A stretch of 49,799 nucleotides of DNA from Chiloscyllium plagiosum (GCF_004010195.1 NC_057754.1:504369-554167), one strand, 5' to 3'. Counted from the stretch's first letter, positions 25,400 to 37,840 are shown. Notes: generated by a model not told the origin, from the letters alone. Program-made: numbers and translations.

Positions 25400-26208
25400 C
25401 ATAGCGAAACATCATTTTACTACTTCCTGAACACAGAGTCCCCCTACCAGTTTCCTCTTCCAACGCACCATCCTTTAACACTTCTACCAACTCCAACTAG
25501 ACCCCACCAAGAACATCTTCCTCTCCCCACCCTCTGCAAGGACCATTCCCTTTGCCCGTCCTTGGTTCGCACCATTCTCTCCCCGCACCGGCACATCAAT
25601 CCCTCAATTCCATCCAGGGCCCAAACAGTCCTTCCAGGTGAGACAGAGGTTCACCTGCCTCTCTTCCAACCTAATTTACTACATCAGGTGCTCCTGATGT
25701 GGTGCGCTCTACATCGGGGAGACCGAACATAAACCTAGGCAACGGTTCGCCAAGCACCACAGCCAGATTCACTGGACCTCCCAGTCACCGTCTATTTTAA
25801 TTCCCCTTCCTTCTCCCTTTCCGACATGACTATCCTTGGGTTCCTCCATTGCCACAATGAACCCAACCGCAAATTGGAGGAATAACACCTCATCTTCCAC
25901 CTGGGCAGCCTATAGCCCAGAGGACTCTGAGTTATCCAATATCAAATAACCTCCCTTCTCCCGACTCCCTTCCCAGCCCCTCCCCCTCTCTTCCAGTTAC
26001 TGGATTCATTCCTCCCATTGACCAACCAGGTTGCACCCTCTGTGTTCACCTATTCCCACTTCACCACCAGGCTCCCCTGAACCCCTTTATCTGCAGCTCC
26101 CCCTACACCCACCCCCAGTCCAGAAGGGTTACACCCAAAATGTCAACTTCTCCACCTCCTGATGCTGCCTGGCTTGCTGTGTCCTTCCAGCCACTTGCTT
26201 GTCTACCT
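25400..26208 (+). mobile_element. Penelope-like element (Neptune-type) fragment with decayed GIY-YIG
   Basis: FTCLSSNLIYYIRCS*CGALYIGETEHKPRQRFAKH at ~25650-25757, followed by a C-rich UTR and pLTR. Confidence 0.8.
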
Positions 26209-26412
26209 GCAGCCAGTAACCATCACAGACACAGAAGCAAAAAAAAAAACACGATCTTCTCATCCATCAACCTCCATGTACACACAGGAAGCAACCAGAG
26301 AGCAGCGATACCAACCGGGGCAGCATCAACGACATCCACCACTGTCCAAGCAGACATATGCTCATTCCTGAAGTGGTTTCAAGGTCCTCAAGACCCTCTC
26401 TGTCCCTGTTTT

Positions 26413-26730
26413 GGGCGGCACGATGGCACAGTGGTTAGCACTGCTGCCGGAGACCCGGGTTCAATTCCCGCCTCAGGCGACTGACTGTGTGGAGTTTGCA
26501 CATTCTCCCCGTGTCTGCGTGGGTTTCCTCCGGGTGCTCCGGTTTCCTCCTACAATCCAAAACATGTGCAGGTCAGGTGAATTGGCCATGCTAAATTGCC
26601 CGTAGTGTTAGGTATGGGGTAAATGTAGGGGTATGGGTGGGTTGCGCTTCGGCGGGTCGGTGTGGACTTGTTGGGCCGAAGGGCCTGTTTCCACACTGTA
26701 ATCTAATCTAATCTAATCTAATCTAATCTA
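26413..26730 (+). mobile_element. HE1-type SINE, young full-length copy with (TAATC)n tail
   Basis: A box TGGCACAGTGG, B box GGTTCAATTCC, V-SINE core, microsatellite tail. Confidence 0.9.
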
Positions 26731-27572
26731 CTTCAGTATTGCTGAAGAATTAGCCATACGCACAGATTCTCCTGTTCACTATGACCTCAAGGAATTTCAT
26801 TGGCCTCACACTGTTCCTAATTGAAAGACCATTGTAAAACCAAAAGTACTGGAACTTTCACCATTCTTTTTTATTCATTCATGGGATGTGGGCTTGGCTG
26901 GTTGGAGCAGCATTGATATTGTCCATTCCTAGTTGCCGTTCAGGTGATTAACTGCCTTCTTGAATCACTGTCCATTTGATGTACGTACACCCTCAATGCT
27001 GCTATAGAGTGAGTTCCAGTATTTTGACAAGAGGACACTGAAAGAACAGTGTTATTTTTCAAAGTCAGGACTGGCTTAGAAGAGACTGCAGGGGCTGTCC
27101 CCACATTACTGCTGTCCTTGTCCTTCTAGATGACTGTGGTCATGGGTTTAGAAGGTGCTGTCTAAGATTTCTAGGGTGAATTTTTGTAGTGCATCTTGTA
27201 GATGGTACACATAACCACTGCTGAATATCTACGGAAGAGAGAGTGAATGTTTGAAGGTGTGGTGCCTATCAATTAGTCTGCTTTGACCTGGATGGTGTCA
27301 GAGTTCTTGAGTGTTGTTGTAGCTATACTCATTCAGGCAAGTGGGGAGTATTCCGTCACACTCCTGACCTCTATGTTATAAAAAGTAGACAGCCTTTTGG
27401 GAGTCAGGAAGTGAGTTACCCAGTGTAGGATTCCTAGTCTCTGACCTGTACTGGTAGCCACACTATGTACATGGTTAGTCCAGTTCAGTTTTTGGTCATT
27501 GACCTGACCTTGTTGCATTTGAATGTGGACTGCTTCAGTATCCGAGGAGTTGCAAATGTTGCTGAACATTAT

Positions 27573-28290
27573 TGTTATAGTATGGGGTAAACCCTCCTGC
27601 TTAACTTAAACCAGCAACACAGAAAAGATTTATCCTCTGCAGTAATCTGTGAAAATTCAAGAGGCCAAGAACTATTTAAAGTACAAGTTAACAACTTTAT
27701 TTCTTAAAATATAACAGAGAATAATTAATGAGGAGAAAGTGAGGTCTGCAGATGCTGGAGATCAGAGCTGAAAATGTGTTGCTGGAAAAGTGCAGCAGGT
27801 CAGGCAGCATCCAGGGAACAGGAGAATCGACGTTTCGGGCATAAGCCCTTCTTCAGAGAATAATTAATGACTATTTACAACTCGTTCCTCTAACCTATCT
27901 TTTGTGTTCCCTTCTATAATACTAGTCTGATGAACCCCACCCCCCCCCTCCGATTAAGATTTACCAAAAATTCAAGTTTTCAAAATCAGCCAGCTGTCGG
28001 ATCTTCTATTTGGATCTTCCTGTGTCTTCTTCTTAGGGATTATGCTTCACCGGTCACAGATCGATAAAGGTACTTTTAAGAGAGCTATTTTGGGGGTTAT
28101 AATTTAAACTCATTGGCCTAATTTGAATCTGTTTTTGTCTGCAGGCAACCAGCTACCCTAGCTACCCCAGCAACCCCAGTAACTGGACCACATTCTACAT
28201 TGTATCTTATTCAGAACACTTGACGCTGTCAGGTCATTCTTTTAGCTTTGAACTCTCTTAAAGGTACAGTACACCCACATCTGCATAACA
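27573..28290 (-). mobile_element. Solo LTR
   Basis: TGTTAT...ATAACA termini, 4-bp TSD ttat (27569-27572 / 28291-28294); AATAAA on the minus strand; the host LINE resumes on both sides. Confidence 0.8.
27732..27856 (-). mobile_element. Short Penelope-derived insertion with hammerhead motif
   Basis: 17-bp TSD cagagaataattaatga (27715-27731 / 27854-27870). Confidence 0.85.
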
Positions 28291-29039
28291 TTATTCAGTC
28301 ACCAATGAACATCTCCACTTCTGAGCTTATCATGGAGGGAAGGTCATTGATGAAACAGCTGAAGATGGTTGACCCTACGTCACAACCCTGAGGACCTCCA
28401 GCATAGATGTCCTGGAGCTGAGATGACTGATCTCCACCAACATAACCACCTTCCTTTGTGTCACTTTAGAGTTTTCCCCAGTGTGAGGAAAACTGTAATA
28501 GAATATCTGAATCAAAGATTCCAAGTTCATTGATTAGCATCTGTCTAGCATTTGACTTCATTTCTCAATGGTGATTCAGTACTTCATTATCTGGAATACC
28601 AAGTTGATTCTTGTGTATGATGTTATTTTTAAAAACTTAGGGATACAACTGGATATTAAGCACTCAAGAATGATTCAGTCATCAGTCCAATTGTGTTGAG
28701 TTATACCAGCTTCTCCATTGCATCATCTCCCACCTCTTCTGTTGTTGAAAAGGACTTTAGACAGTCACTAATGGGAGCAACATAAACTCTGCACTCTAAA
28801 GCTAATAGTTCATGTGGATAGTCAATGTGTGAGTTGCCAAATCTGATTACCTAGTCCATGAGATATTAATTCTGAAGTGAATTTATGAGGTATCAACCTT
28901 GGAGTAATTTTATGTGCTATTAATCCAGGAGAGAGGTTACAAGGTGTTAGTCCTGGAGTGAGTTTGACGTATTGATCAATTTATGTGATAGTTGATGCGT
29001 TTATGAAGTATTAAAATTAGAGGGTAAAGTCGCCAGAGT

Positions 29040-29226
29040 GTTAACAGGTCATAGAGCTAATCTTCCATTTGAGAAAGATGAATGGTGATGGTTTAAGGTG
29101 AGGGTCACCATGCCTCAGGGAAGTGGGGAAGTTGATAATGAGATCCCTTCATGATAATCTCAGTCAATGCCAGACTGAACCCACGCTGGTGGCATTGCCA
29201 TCAGTCATCCAGCCAACTGAGCTAAC
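29040..29226 (-). mobile_element. tRNA-headed SINE-like repeat (second copy ~32020-32217)
   Basis: Minus strand starts TTAGCTCAGTTGG with a GGGTTCA B-box-like motif; two diverged copies. Confidence 0.6.
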
Positions 29227-29379
29227 TTTGAGTTTACAAGGCATTTCTTCTGGAGAAGGTTAATGAGATTGTAGTGGGGCAGTGAGTTTACAAGCTATTC
29301 AGGACAGAGTTTATAAGGTATTAATTTAGATATGTCAATGAGGTATTAATGACACATTGAGTTAATTAAGGTGTTAATT

Positions 29380-29556
29380 TGTAAATGAGTTAGAAAGGTA
29401 TTATTCTTGGATGAGTTTGCAAGATATTAATTCTTGAGTGAATTCGTGAGATATTAATTCTTAAGTGACTTAATGAGATATTAATTCTTGAGTGAGTTAG
29501 TGAGATATTAATTCTCGAATTAGTGAGGTATTAATTCTTGTGTTCTTGAGATATTA
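29380..29556. repeat. AT-rich minisatellite, ~27-bp unit gagatattaattcttgagtgagttagt
   Basis: About 6 imperfect tandem units; more degenerate copies at ~28860-29010 and ~29310-29380. Confidence 0.8.
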
Positions 29557-29618
29557 CCTTGTGATACCTAAAGCTGCATTTATAAAGATAACGCCAAGGT
29601 AATGCTTTCAAACATGAT

Positions 29619-29624
29619 TTTATT
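29619..29624 (-). promoter_or_regulatory. Probable polyadenylation signal of SPINK-like gene B
   Basis: AATAAA on the minus strand about 120 nt downstream of the stop. Confidence 0.6.
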
Positions 29625-29744
29625 TCATTCACAATTCTACTATTCATTAAAATATGCTTTTTTTAAAAGTTTGCTGCTGCAATCAAACAAATTCTTAATT
29701 TCGTTTTTGAAAAGACAGGTTGAAATGTTATCATTGTTGTGGAA

Positions 29745-29790
29745 TTAACATTCTCCAAAGTGTTTTATTAAGATCTTATTGCCACTCAAT
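29745..29790 (-). CDS. SPINK-like gene B exon 4 ((R)LSGNKILIKHFGEC*)
   Basis: Acceptor ttctgttttcttttcag|; ends I-x3-G-x-C-stop as in SPINK1-type proteins; Cys V-x17-Cys VI. Confidence 0.93.
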
Positions 29791-30132
29791 CTGAAAAGAA
29801 AACAGAAATCATAATTAAGACCCAGACTTGCACCGTAAGACACTGGAGCACAAGTAGGCTGTATGGGCCATTAAACCTGCACCGCCATTCAAAGAGATCA
29901 TGGCTGATCTAATAATCCTCAACTCCACTTTCCTGCTTTTTCTTCCTTAACCCTTGATTCCCTTACTGATTAAGTATCAGTCTATCTCAGTCTCGAATAT
30001 ACTTAATGACCCAGACTCTGAGGTAAAAAATACTCCACAGGTTCACCACCCTGTGAGAGAAGAAATCCCTCTCAATCACTGTCTTTAGATCAAGATTGGT
30101 GATATAGTGGACAGTGAAGAAGGTTATCTAAG

Positions 30133-30981
30133 TTCAAAGTTTATGAGAAGATTTGTAGCTCGGATGCTCGTTGCTGTGGTTCTGTTCGCCGAGCTGGAAG
30201 TTTTTGTTGCAAACGTTTCGTCCCCCGTCTAGGTGACATCCTCAGTGCAGTCCTTGCATGGGATTTTGTACACTACATTAGTTTTGCTCATGCTGGGTAT
30301 CGGGTCCTTCGTTCTGGTGAGTTGTTGTCTGAGAGTGGCTGTTGGTTTGTGTGCTGTTATAAGTCCTAGTGGTCGCAGTAGTCTGGCTGTCATTTCAGAG
30401 ATGTTCTTGATGTATGGTCCCATGCAAGGACTGCACAAAACACCATATAGGACAAACAGGAAGGCAGCTAACGATCCGCATCCACGAATATCAACTAGCC
30501 ACGAAACGACACGACCAGCTATCCTTACGGGGTAAACGTAGGAGTATGGGACTGGGTGGTATATGCTTCGGCGGGTCGGTGTGGACTTGTTGGGCCGAAG
30601 GGCCTGTTTCCACACTGTAAGTAATCTAATCTAATCTAATCTAGTAGCCACACACGCAGACGACAAACAACATGGATTTGACTGGGACAACACTACCATT
30701 ATAGGGCAAGCGAAACAAAGAACAGCCAGGGAATTCCTAGAAGCATGGCACTCATCCACAAACTCCATCAACAAACACATCGACCTGGACCCAATATACT
30801 GGCCACTACAGCGGACAGCTGAAACTGACAACCGGAAGCGGCAGGGACAGGCCACTATAAATGCCGGAGGAAACACCACAGAAGCGCTTCACATGAGGCT
30901 TCCAAGCACTGAGGATGTCACCTAGACAGGGGACGAAACGTTTGCAACAAAAACTTCCAGCTCGGCGAACAGAACCACAGC
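30133..30981. mobile_element. Penelope-like element (Poseidon-type) with inverted pLTRs, internally inverted GIY-YIG region and nested HE1 tail (~30528-30641)
   Basis: 13-bp TSD aaggttatctaag (30120-30132 / 30982-30994); KTNVVYKIPCKDC on minus, PCKDCTKHHIGQTGR..AREFLEAWHS on plus. Confidence 0.9.
30906..30945 (+). ncRNA. Minimal type I hammerhead ribozyme motif (inverted twin at 30209-30248, minus)
   Basis: gca-CUGAGGA-u-gucaccu/aggggac (stem II)-GAAAC-GUU^ugc; stem I gca/ugc; palindromic ACGU stem III typical of Penelope-associated hammerheads. Confidence 0.75.
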
Positions 30982-32225
30982 AAGGTTATCTAAGATTACA
31001 AAGAGTCTTCATCAGTTGGGTTAATGGGCTGAGGAGTGGCAGATGGATTTTAATTTGGATAAATGCGAAGTATTGTATTTTGGTAAAATAAACAAGGGCA
31101 GGATTTATACAATTAATGGTAGGACCCTGGGTAGTTTTGTAGAACATAGAGACTTATGTTCAGGTACATAATTCATTGAAATTTGTGTCATAGGAAGACA
31201 GGATAATTAAGAAGGCATTAGCGCGCTTGCCATCATTGCTTAGACCTTTGAGTATAGAAGTTGGGACTGCATGTTGAGGTAGTACAGAATGTTGGCGAGG
31301 CCTGTTCTGGAGTTCCAAGTGCAGTTCTGCTGTAGGAAGGATATTATTAAATTACAGAAGGTTCATAAAAGATTTACCAGGGTGTTGCCAGAATTGGAGG
31401 ATTTGATTTATAAAAATAGAATGGATAGGCTGAGACTTTATTCACTGGAGGGTAGGAGGTTGAGGGGTGACCTTATAGAGATTTATGAAACCATGAGGTG
31501 CATAGCTAAGGTGAAATCAAGGGTCTTTTTGCGAAGGGGCATATTTTTAAGGTGAGAGGAAAAGGTTTAAAAAGGACATGAGGGGCACGTTTTTGTACAG
31601 ACAGTGGTTTCATCAAAGGGAGATCATGCCTGACAAATCTATTGTAATTCTTTGATGAGGTAATGAGCAAGTTAGACAAACAAGAGCTAGTGGACCTGTT
31701 CTATTATATTCCTAGCTTCATTACCTAAGGGGCCGATGTTTACTTTGGCCTCTCTTTATAATTTTTAAGGAAGCTCTTATTGTCCATTTCTATATTACTC
31801 ACTAGTTTACCCTCATTTTATTTCCCCCCATCTTTTCTTGACTTGTAAAAATTTCCCAATGCTATCACTTATCTTTGTCATATTATGTATTTTTTTCAAT
31901 TTGATACTATCTTTAACTTGCTTGGCTAACCATGGTTGGTTTTATCTCCTTCAAATCTTTCTTCCACTCTGGGATCTATCTTTACTGTGAGCCATGAACT
32001 ATTTTATTAAATTAAGTGACCACAGCCCCACTGCAACATTGGGTTATTTTCTTATTAGAGAGAGACAACTGATAGTGGTTTAATTTGAGAGTCTCAGGTG
32101 AGCGGAGAAGTTGAGAATGAGAATCCTTCATAGTAACCTTAGCTGGTATGGGAATTGAATCCACATTGTTGGCACTGCTTTGCCTTACAAACCAGACATC
32201 ACACCAGCTGAGCTAACTTACATAA

Positions 32226-35200
32226 AATATAGAACATTGCAGCGCAGTACAGGACCTTCGGTCCTCGATGTTGCGCTGGCCTGTGGAACCAATCTGAAGC
32301 CTATCCACCCTACACTATTCTGTTTTCATCCAAATGTTTAGCCAATGACCATTTAAATGTCCTTAAAGTTGGCGAGTCTACTACTGTTGCAGGCAGTGCA
32401 TTCCATGCCCCTACTACTCTCTGAGTAAAGAAACTCCCTCTGACATCTGTCCAGTATCTATCAGCCCTCAATTTAAAGCTATGTTCCCTCATGCTAACCA
32501 TCACCATCTGAGAAAAAAGGCTCTCACTGTCCACCCTATCTAACCTTCTGATTATCTAATATGTCTCAATTAAGTCATCTCCCAACAAAACCAGAGTTTT
32601 GTATAGCTGCATAATGACCACGTAGCTCCGAAATTCAATCCCTCTACCAATAAAATCTAACACGCCTTCTTAACAACCCCATCGACCTGGGTGGCAACTT
32701 TCAGGAATCTATGTACGTGGACACATGGATCTTTCTGCTCATCTACACTACCAAGAATCTTACTATTAGCCCAGTACTCTGCATTCCAGTTGCTCCTTCC
32801 AAAGTGAATCACCTCACACTTTTCTGAGTTAATCTTCATTTGCCACCTCTCAGCCCAGCTCTGCAACTTATCTATGTCCTTCTGTAACCTGCAACAGCCT
32901 TTAGCGCTATCCACAACTCCACTGACCTCTGTGTCATCTGCAAATTTACTAACCCATCCTTCTATGCCCTCATCTAGGTCGTTTATGGAAATTACAAACA
33001 GCAGTGGTCCCAAAACAGATCCTTGCAGTACACCAAAAGTAAATGAACTCCAGGATGAACATTTCCCATCTACCACCACCCTCAGTTTTCTTTCAGCTAG
33101 CCAATTTCTGATCCAAGCCGCTAAATCACCCTCAATTCCATGACTCCGTAATTTCTGCAGTAGCCTACCGTGGGGAACCTTATCAAACGACTTACTGAAA
33201 TCCATGAGCACCACATCAACCATTTTACCCTCATCCACCTGTTTGATCACATTCCCAAAGAATTCAATAAGGTGTGTGAGGAATGATCTACCCTTCACAA
33301 AATCATGTTGACTGTCCCTAATCAACTTATTCCTTTCTAGATGCTTATAAGTCCTATCTCTTACAACCTTTTCCAACACTTTACCCACAACCAAAGTAAG
33401 GCTCACTGGTCTATAATTACCGGGGTTGTCTCCACTCTTCTTCTTGAACAAGGGTACAACATTTGCTATCCTCTAGTCTTCTGGCACTGTAGACAATGAT
33501 GACATAAAGATCAAAGCCAAAGACTCTGCAATCTCCTCTCTGGATTCCTAGAGAATCCTAGGATAAATCTCTTCTGGCCCAGGGGACTTATCTATTGTTA
33601 CACTTCCCGGAATTGCCAACACCTCCTCCTTGTGAACCGTAATCCCATCTAGCCTGCATCTCAGTATTCTCTTCGACAACATTGGCTTTTTCCAGTGTGA
33701 ATACTGATGAAAATACTCATTCAGTACTTCACCATCTCCTTGGACTCCATGCACAACTTCCCACTACTATCCTTGATTGGCCCAAATCTTTCTCTAGTCT
33801 TTCTTTTATTCCTGATATACCTATAGAAAGCTTTAGGGTTTTCCTTGATCCCATCTGCCATCAACTTCTCGTGTCCCCTCCTGGCTCTTCTTAGCTCTCT
33901 CTTTAGGTCTTGCCTGGCTAATGTGTAACTTTCATGCGCCTGAACTGAGCCTTCACATTTCATCCTAACATCAACTTTCCTCTTCCTCTTGAAAGGAGAT
34001 TCACTTCTTTAGTAAACCATGGCTCCCTCGCTCAACCACTTCCACCCTTTCTGACAGGTACATACTTATCAAGGACACACTGTAACTGTTCCTTGAATAT
34101 GCTCCACATTTCAATTGTGTCCAATCCCTGCAGTTTCCTTCCCCATCCTATGCATCCTAAATCTTGCATAATCACATCATAATTGCCTTTCCTCCAGCTA
34201 TAACTCTTGCCTTGCGTTATGTACCTATCCCTTTCCATCACTAAGGTAAACATAACAGAATTGTAGTCACTATCACCAAAGCGCTCACCTACCTCCAAGT
34301 CTAACACCTGGCCAGGTTCATTACCCAGTACCAAATCCAGTGCAGCCTCGCCCCTTGTTGGCTTGTCTACATACTGTGTCAGGAAACCATCCTGCACACA
34401 TTGGACAAAATCTGACCATTTAAAGTACTCAAACTATAGTATTTCCAGTCAATATTTGGAATGTTAAAGTCCCCTATAACAACTACCCTGTCACTCTTGC
34501 TCCTATCGATAATCACCTTTGCTATCCTTTCATCTCTGGAACTATTGGGCGGCACGGTGGCACAGTGGTTAGCACTGCTGCCTCACAGCGCCAGAGACCC
34601 GGGTTCAATTCCCACCTCAGGCGACTGACTGTGTGGAGTTTGCACGTTCTCCCCGTATCTGCATGGGTTTCCTCTGGGTGCTCCGGTTTCCTCCCACAAC
34701 ACAAAGATGTGCAGGTCAGGTGAATTGGCCATGCTAAATTGCCCGTAGTGTTAGGTAAGGGGTAAATGTAGGGGTATGGGTGGGTTGCGCTTCGGCGGGG
34801 CGGTGTGGACTTGTTGGGCCGAAGGGCCTGTTTCCACACTGTAAGTAATCTAATCTAATATTCGGAGGTCTATAGAAAATTCCCAACAAGGTGCCCTCTC
34901 CTTTCCTGTTTCTAACCTCAGCCCATACTAACTCAGTAAACGAGTCCTCAAACATCCTTTCTGCCACTGTATTACTGTCCTTGACTAAAAATACCACACC
35001 TCCCCCTCTTTTACCATCTTCTCTGTTCATACTGAAACATCTAAATCCTGGAACCTGCAACAACCATTCCTGTCCCTGCTCTATCCATGTCTCTGAAATG
35101 GCCACAACTTTGAAGTCCCAGGTACCAACCCATGCTGCAAGTTCACCGACCTTATGACAGATGCTCCTGGCATTGAAGTAGACACACTTCAAACCACCTT

Positions 35201-36570
35201 CTTGCTTGCCAGTGAACTCTTGCAAACTTGAAAGCTCATTTCTGACCTCACTACCTCAACCTCCTGGACACTGGAACTACATTTTAGGATTCCCTTCCCC
35301 TTCTGAATTAGTTTAAACCTTCCCAAAGAGCATTAACAAATCCCCCCCCCCCCCAGGATATTAGTACCCCTCTGGTTCAGGTGTAGACCATCCTGTTTGT
35401 AGAGGTCCCACCCACCCCAGAATGAGCCCCAATTATTCAGGTATTCAAAACCATCCCTTCTGCACCATGCCTACAGCCACGTGTACAACTCCTCTCTCTC
35501 CCTATACCTGTCCTCGCAAGCACGTGGCACAGGCAACAAACCAGAGATAACAACTTTTTTTTCTAGCACTAAGCTTCCATCCTAACTCCCTGAATTTCTG
35601 CCTTAAATCCCAAACCCTTTTCCTACCTATGTCATTAGTACCTATGTGGGCCACGACTTGGGACTGCTACCCCTCCCCCTCAAGGTTCCCAAAAACACAG
35701 TCCAAGACATCATGGACCCTGGCACCTGGGAGGCAACACACCAACCATGAGTCTCTCTCGTGCCCACAGAAATTCCTATCTGTCTCTCTAACTATGGAGT
35801 CCCCAGTGACTAATGCTCTGCTCATCTCCCCCCCTTCCCTTCTGAGCAATATGGACAGACTCTGTGCCAGAGACCTGTACCCCATTGCTTACCGCTAGTA
35901 AGTTATCCACCTCAACAGTATCCCAAATGATATACTTGTTATTGAGGGGAACAGCCGCAGGGGTTCCCTGCACTGCCTGCGGGTTCCCTTTCCGTCCCCT
36001 CACTGTAACCCATCTGCCTCTTTCTTGTACTTGAGGTGTGACTACCTCCCTGTAACTTTTCTCAATAACCCACTCTGCCTCCCTAATGATCCAAAGTTCA
36101 TCCAGCCCCAACTCCAATTCCCTAACATGGTTTTTGAGGAGCTGGTGTTGAGTGCACTTCCCGCAGATGAAGTCAGCGGGGACAGTAGTGGTGGCCCTTA
36201 CCTCCCACATTCTGCAGGAAGAACATTCAACTGCCCTAACCGCCATTACCACTATTCTAAATTCCCAAAGAGACTGTAGAAAAATAAAGAATGAAAAAAC
36301 TAGTTATTTTACCAATCTGGCGCACAGAACCTTTTTTTTAGTTAGAGGAGGAGGACGGGTGGAAGGCACTACCTAAGTAGTATTTCTGGTAATGTAACCA
36401 CCCAAATATATTACTTCAGTTACTCAGCAATCCCGTGCCTGTTAATGCTCAGCATGTGCTCTGCCTATTCACGAGGTAAGTGATTCACCTTTCTGGTCGA
36501 TGCTCCCACTCTTCCTGCTGCTGAAACAAAAATGGAGGGCCCCGACACACGAGGTAAGTTTTTAAATGCC
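32226..36570 (-). mobile_element. Near full-length CR1 (HER1-like) LINE: ORF1 (Zn finger plus SGNH esterase) and ORF2 (APE endonuclease plus RT), disrupted
   Basis: ORF1 AVECSSCRMWE..CGKC, ALVTGDSIVR..VCCLPGARV; ORF2 LKCVYFNARSI, NYRPVSLT, QGSVLGPLLF, SKFADDT. Confidence 0.93.
34548..34858 (+). mobile_element. HE1-type SINE, full-length, nested in the CR1 endonuclease region
   Basis: Near-identical to the 26413 copy; short tatt duplication at the flanks. Confidence 0.9.
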
Positions 36571-36899
36571 CCCACTTAAATTTCTGCAAATTTTCCTCAA
36601 TCGTCTTTTCTTCTAAATTCTATTACCAGTCAACCCCAGCCAATTCTGTCCTCACCCCTATATAATTAACCTTTTTTTAACTTCAGCACAATTGTTTCTG
36701 ACCCAAGTTTCTCACTCTCAAACTGAATATAAATTCCACTATGTTATGATCACAGTTCCTTTAGGGGATCTTTTACACTGAGATCATTATTAAACCTGTC
36801 TCGTTATACATTGCCAGATCTAAAGTAGCTTGATCCCTGTAGAATCCAAGACATATTTTTGTTTAGATGCCTTAAAAATCTCCTGATTTATTCTTTGTC

Positions 36900-37840
36900 T
36901 TACAGGAGGATAGATTGTTAGCTGAAAGGCAATAGATTGCAAAAGGAGAATGTGCAATGAGACCTGGGTATCCTTGTACACCAGCCGCTGGCAATAAGCA
37001 TATACATGCACCAGGGTGGAGAAGACAAATGTTATGTTGGCCTTCATAGTGAGAATTGCAACACAATAACCTACTTTCTTCCCACACTTTTTGATCCTTT
37101 TAGCCCTAAGAACTATACCTAATTCTTTCTTGAATACATTCAATCACACGAGGTAAGTTTTTAAATGCCCCCACTTAAATTTCTGTAAATTTTCCTCAAT
37201 CGTCTTTTCTTCTAAATTCTATTACCAGTCAACCCCAGCTATCATAGAGGATATTCCACTATCATAGAGGATATTCCACTAAACATAGAGGAATTGAGTA
37301 CAGGAGTAGAGAATTACAAATTCTTGGTGCGATCACATCTGGAATATTGTGCACAGTTTATTCTCCTTATTTAAAGAAGAATGTTCTGGCTATGGAGGGA
37401 GTGCAGCAAAGGTTTAACAAACTGATTCCTTGGATAACAGGACTGATATAGGAAGACAAACTTGAGTTTAGAACAATTAGGGAGAATCTCACAGAAACTT
37501 ATAAAATTCTAACAGGGGGTAATCACACAGGGAGTCCAAAATCAGGAGCCACAGTTTAGTGTATGGGATATGCTATTTAGGATGACCATAAGAAGAAAGA
37601 TCTTCACCTAGAGAGTGATGATACTTTAGAATTCTCTGCCACAGAAAGTGATTGAGGCCAAAATATTGAATGTATTCAAGAAAGAATTAGGTATAGTTCT
37701 TAGGGCTAAAAGGATCAAAAAGTGTGGGAAGAAAGTAGGTTATTGTGTTGCAAGATCAGCCGTGATCATATTGAATGATGGAGTAGGCTTGAAGGGCTGA
37801 ATGGCCTATTCCTGTTCTTCTATGTTTGGTGTTTCTACAT
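36900..37840 (+). mobile_element. CR1 LINE 3' fragment containing a templated-insertion scar
   Basis: Degenerate CR1 C-terminus and 3' UTR. Confidence 0.8.
37056..37292. repeat. Composite local duplication: inverted 89 bp + direct 95 bp + 20-bp tandem
   Basis: 37056-37144 = reverse complement of 37665-37753; 37145-37239 = 36546-36640; (atcatagaggatattccact)x2 at 37241-37280. Confidence 0.9.

Larger units (their letters stand above)
26865..28480 (-). mobile_element. LINE (second family) fragment hosting a solo LTR
   Basis: Reverse complement similar to 8750-9766. Confidence 0.8.
30090..31700 (+). mobile_element. CR1 LINE fragment(s) interrupted by a Penelope element
   Basis: KIGDIVDSEEGYLR continues across the insertion; RRLRGDLIEIYE. 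Confidence 0.85.

Noticed and set aside
29380..29556. CRISPR-like array
   Set aside because: Eukaryotic context; tandem units lack unique spacers.
32657..33451. Long RT-like ORFs (also 18304, 42436, 46183) as host genes or active elements
   Set aside because: They are fragments of CR1 ORF2 bounded by stops and frameshifts.
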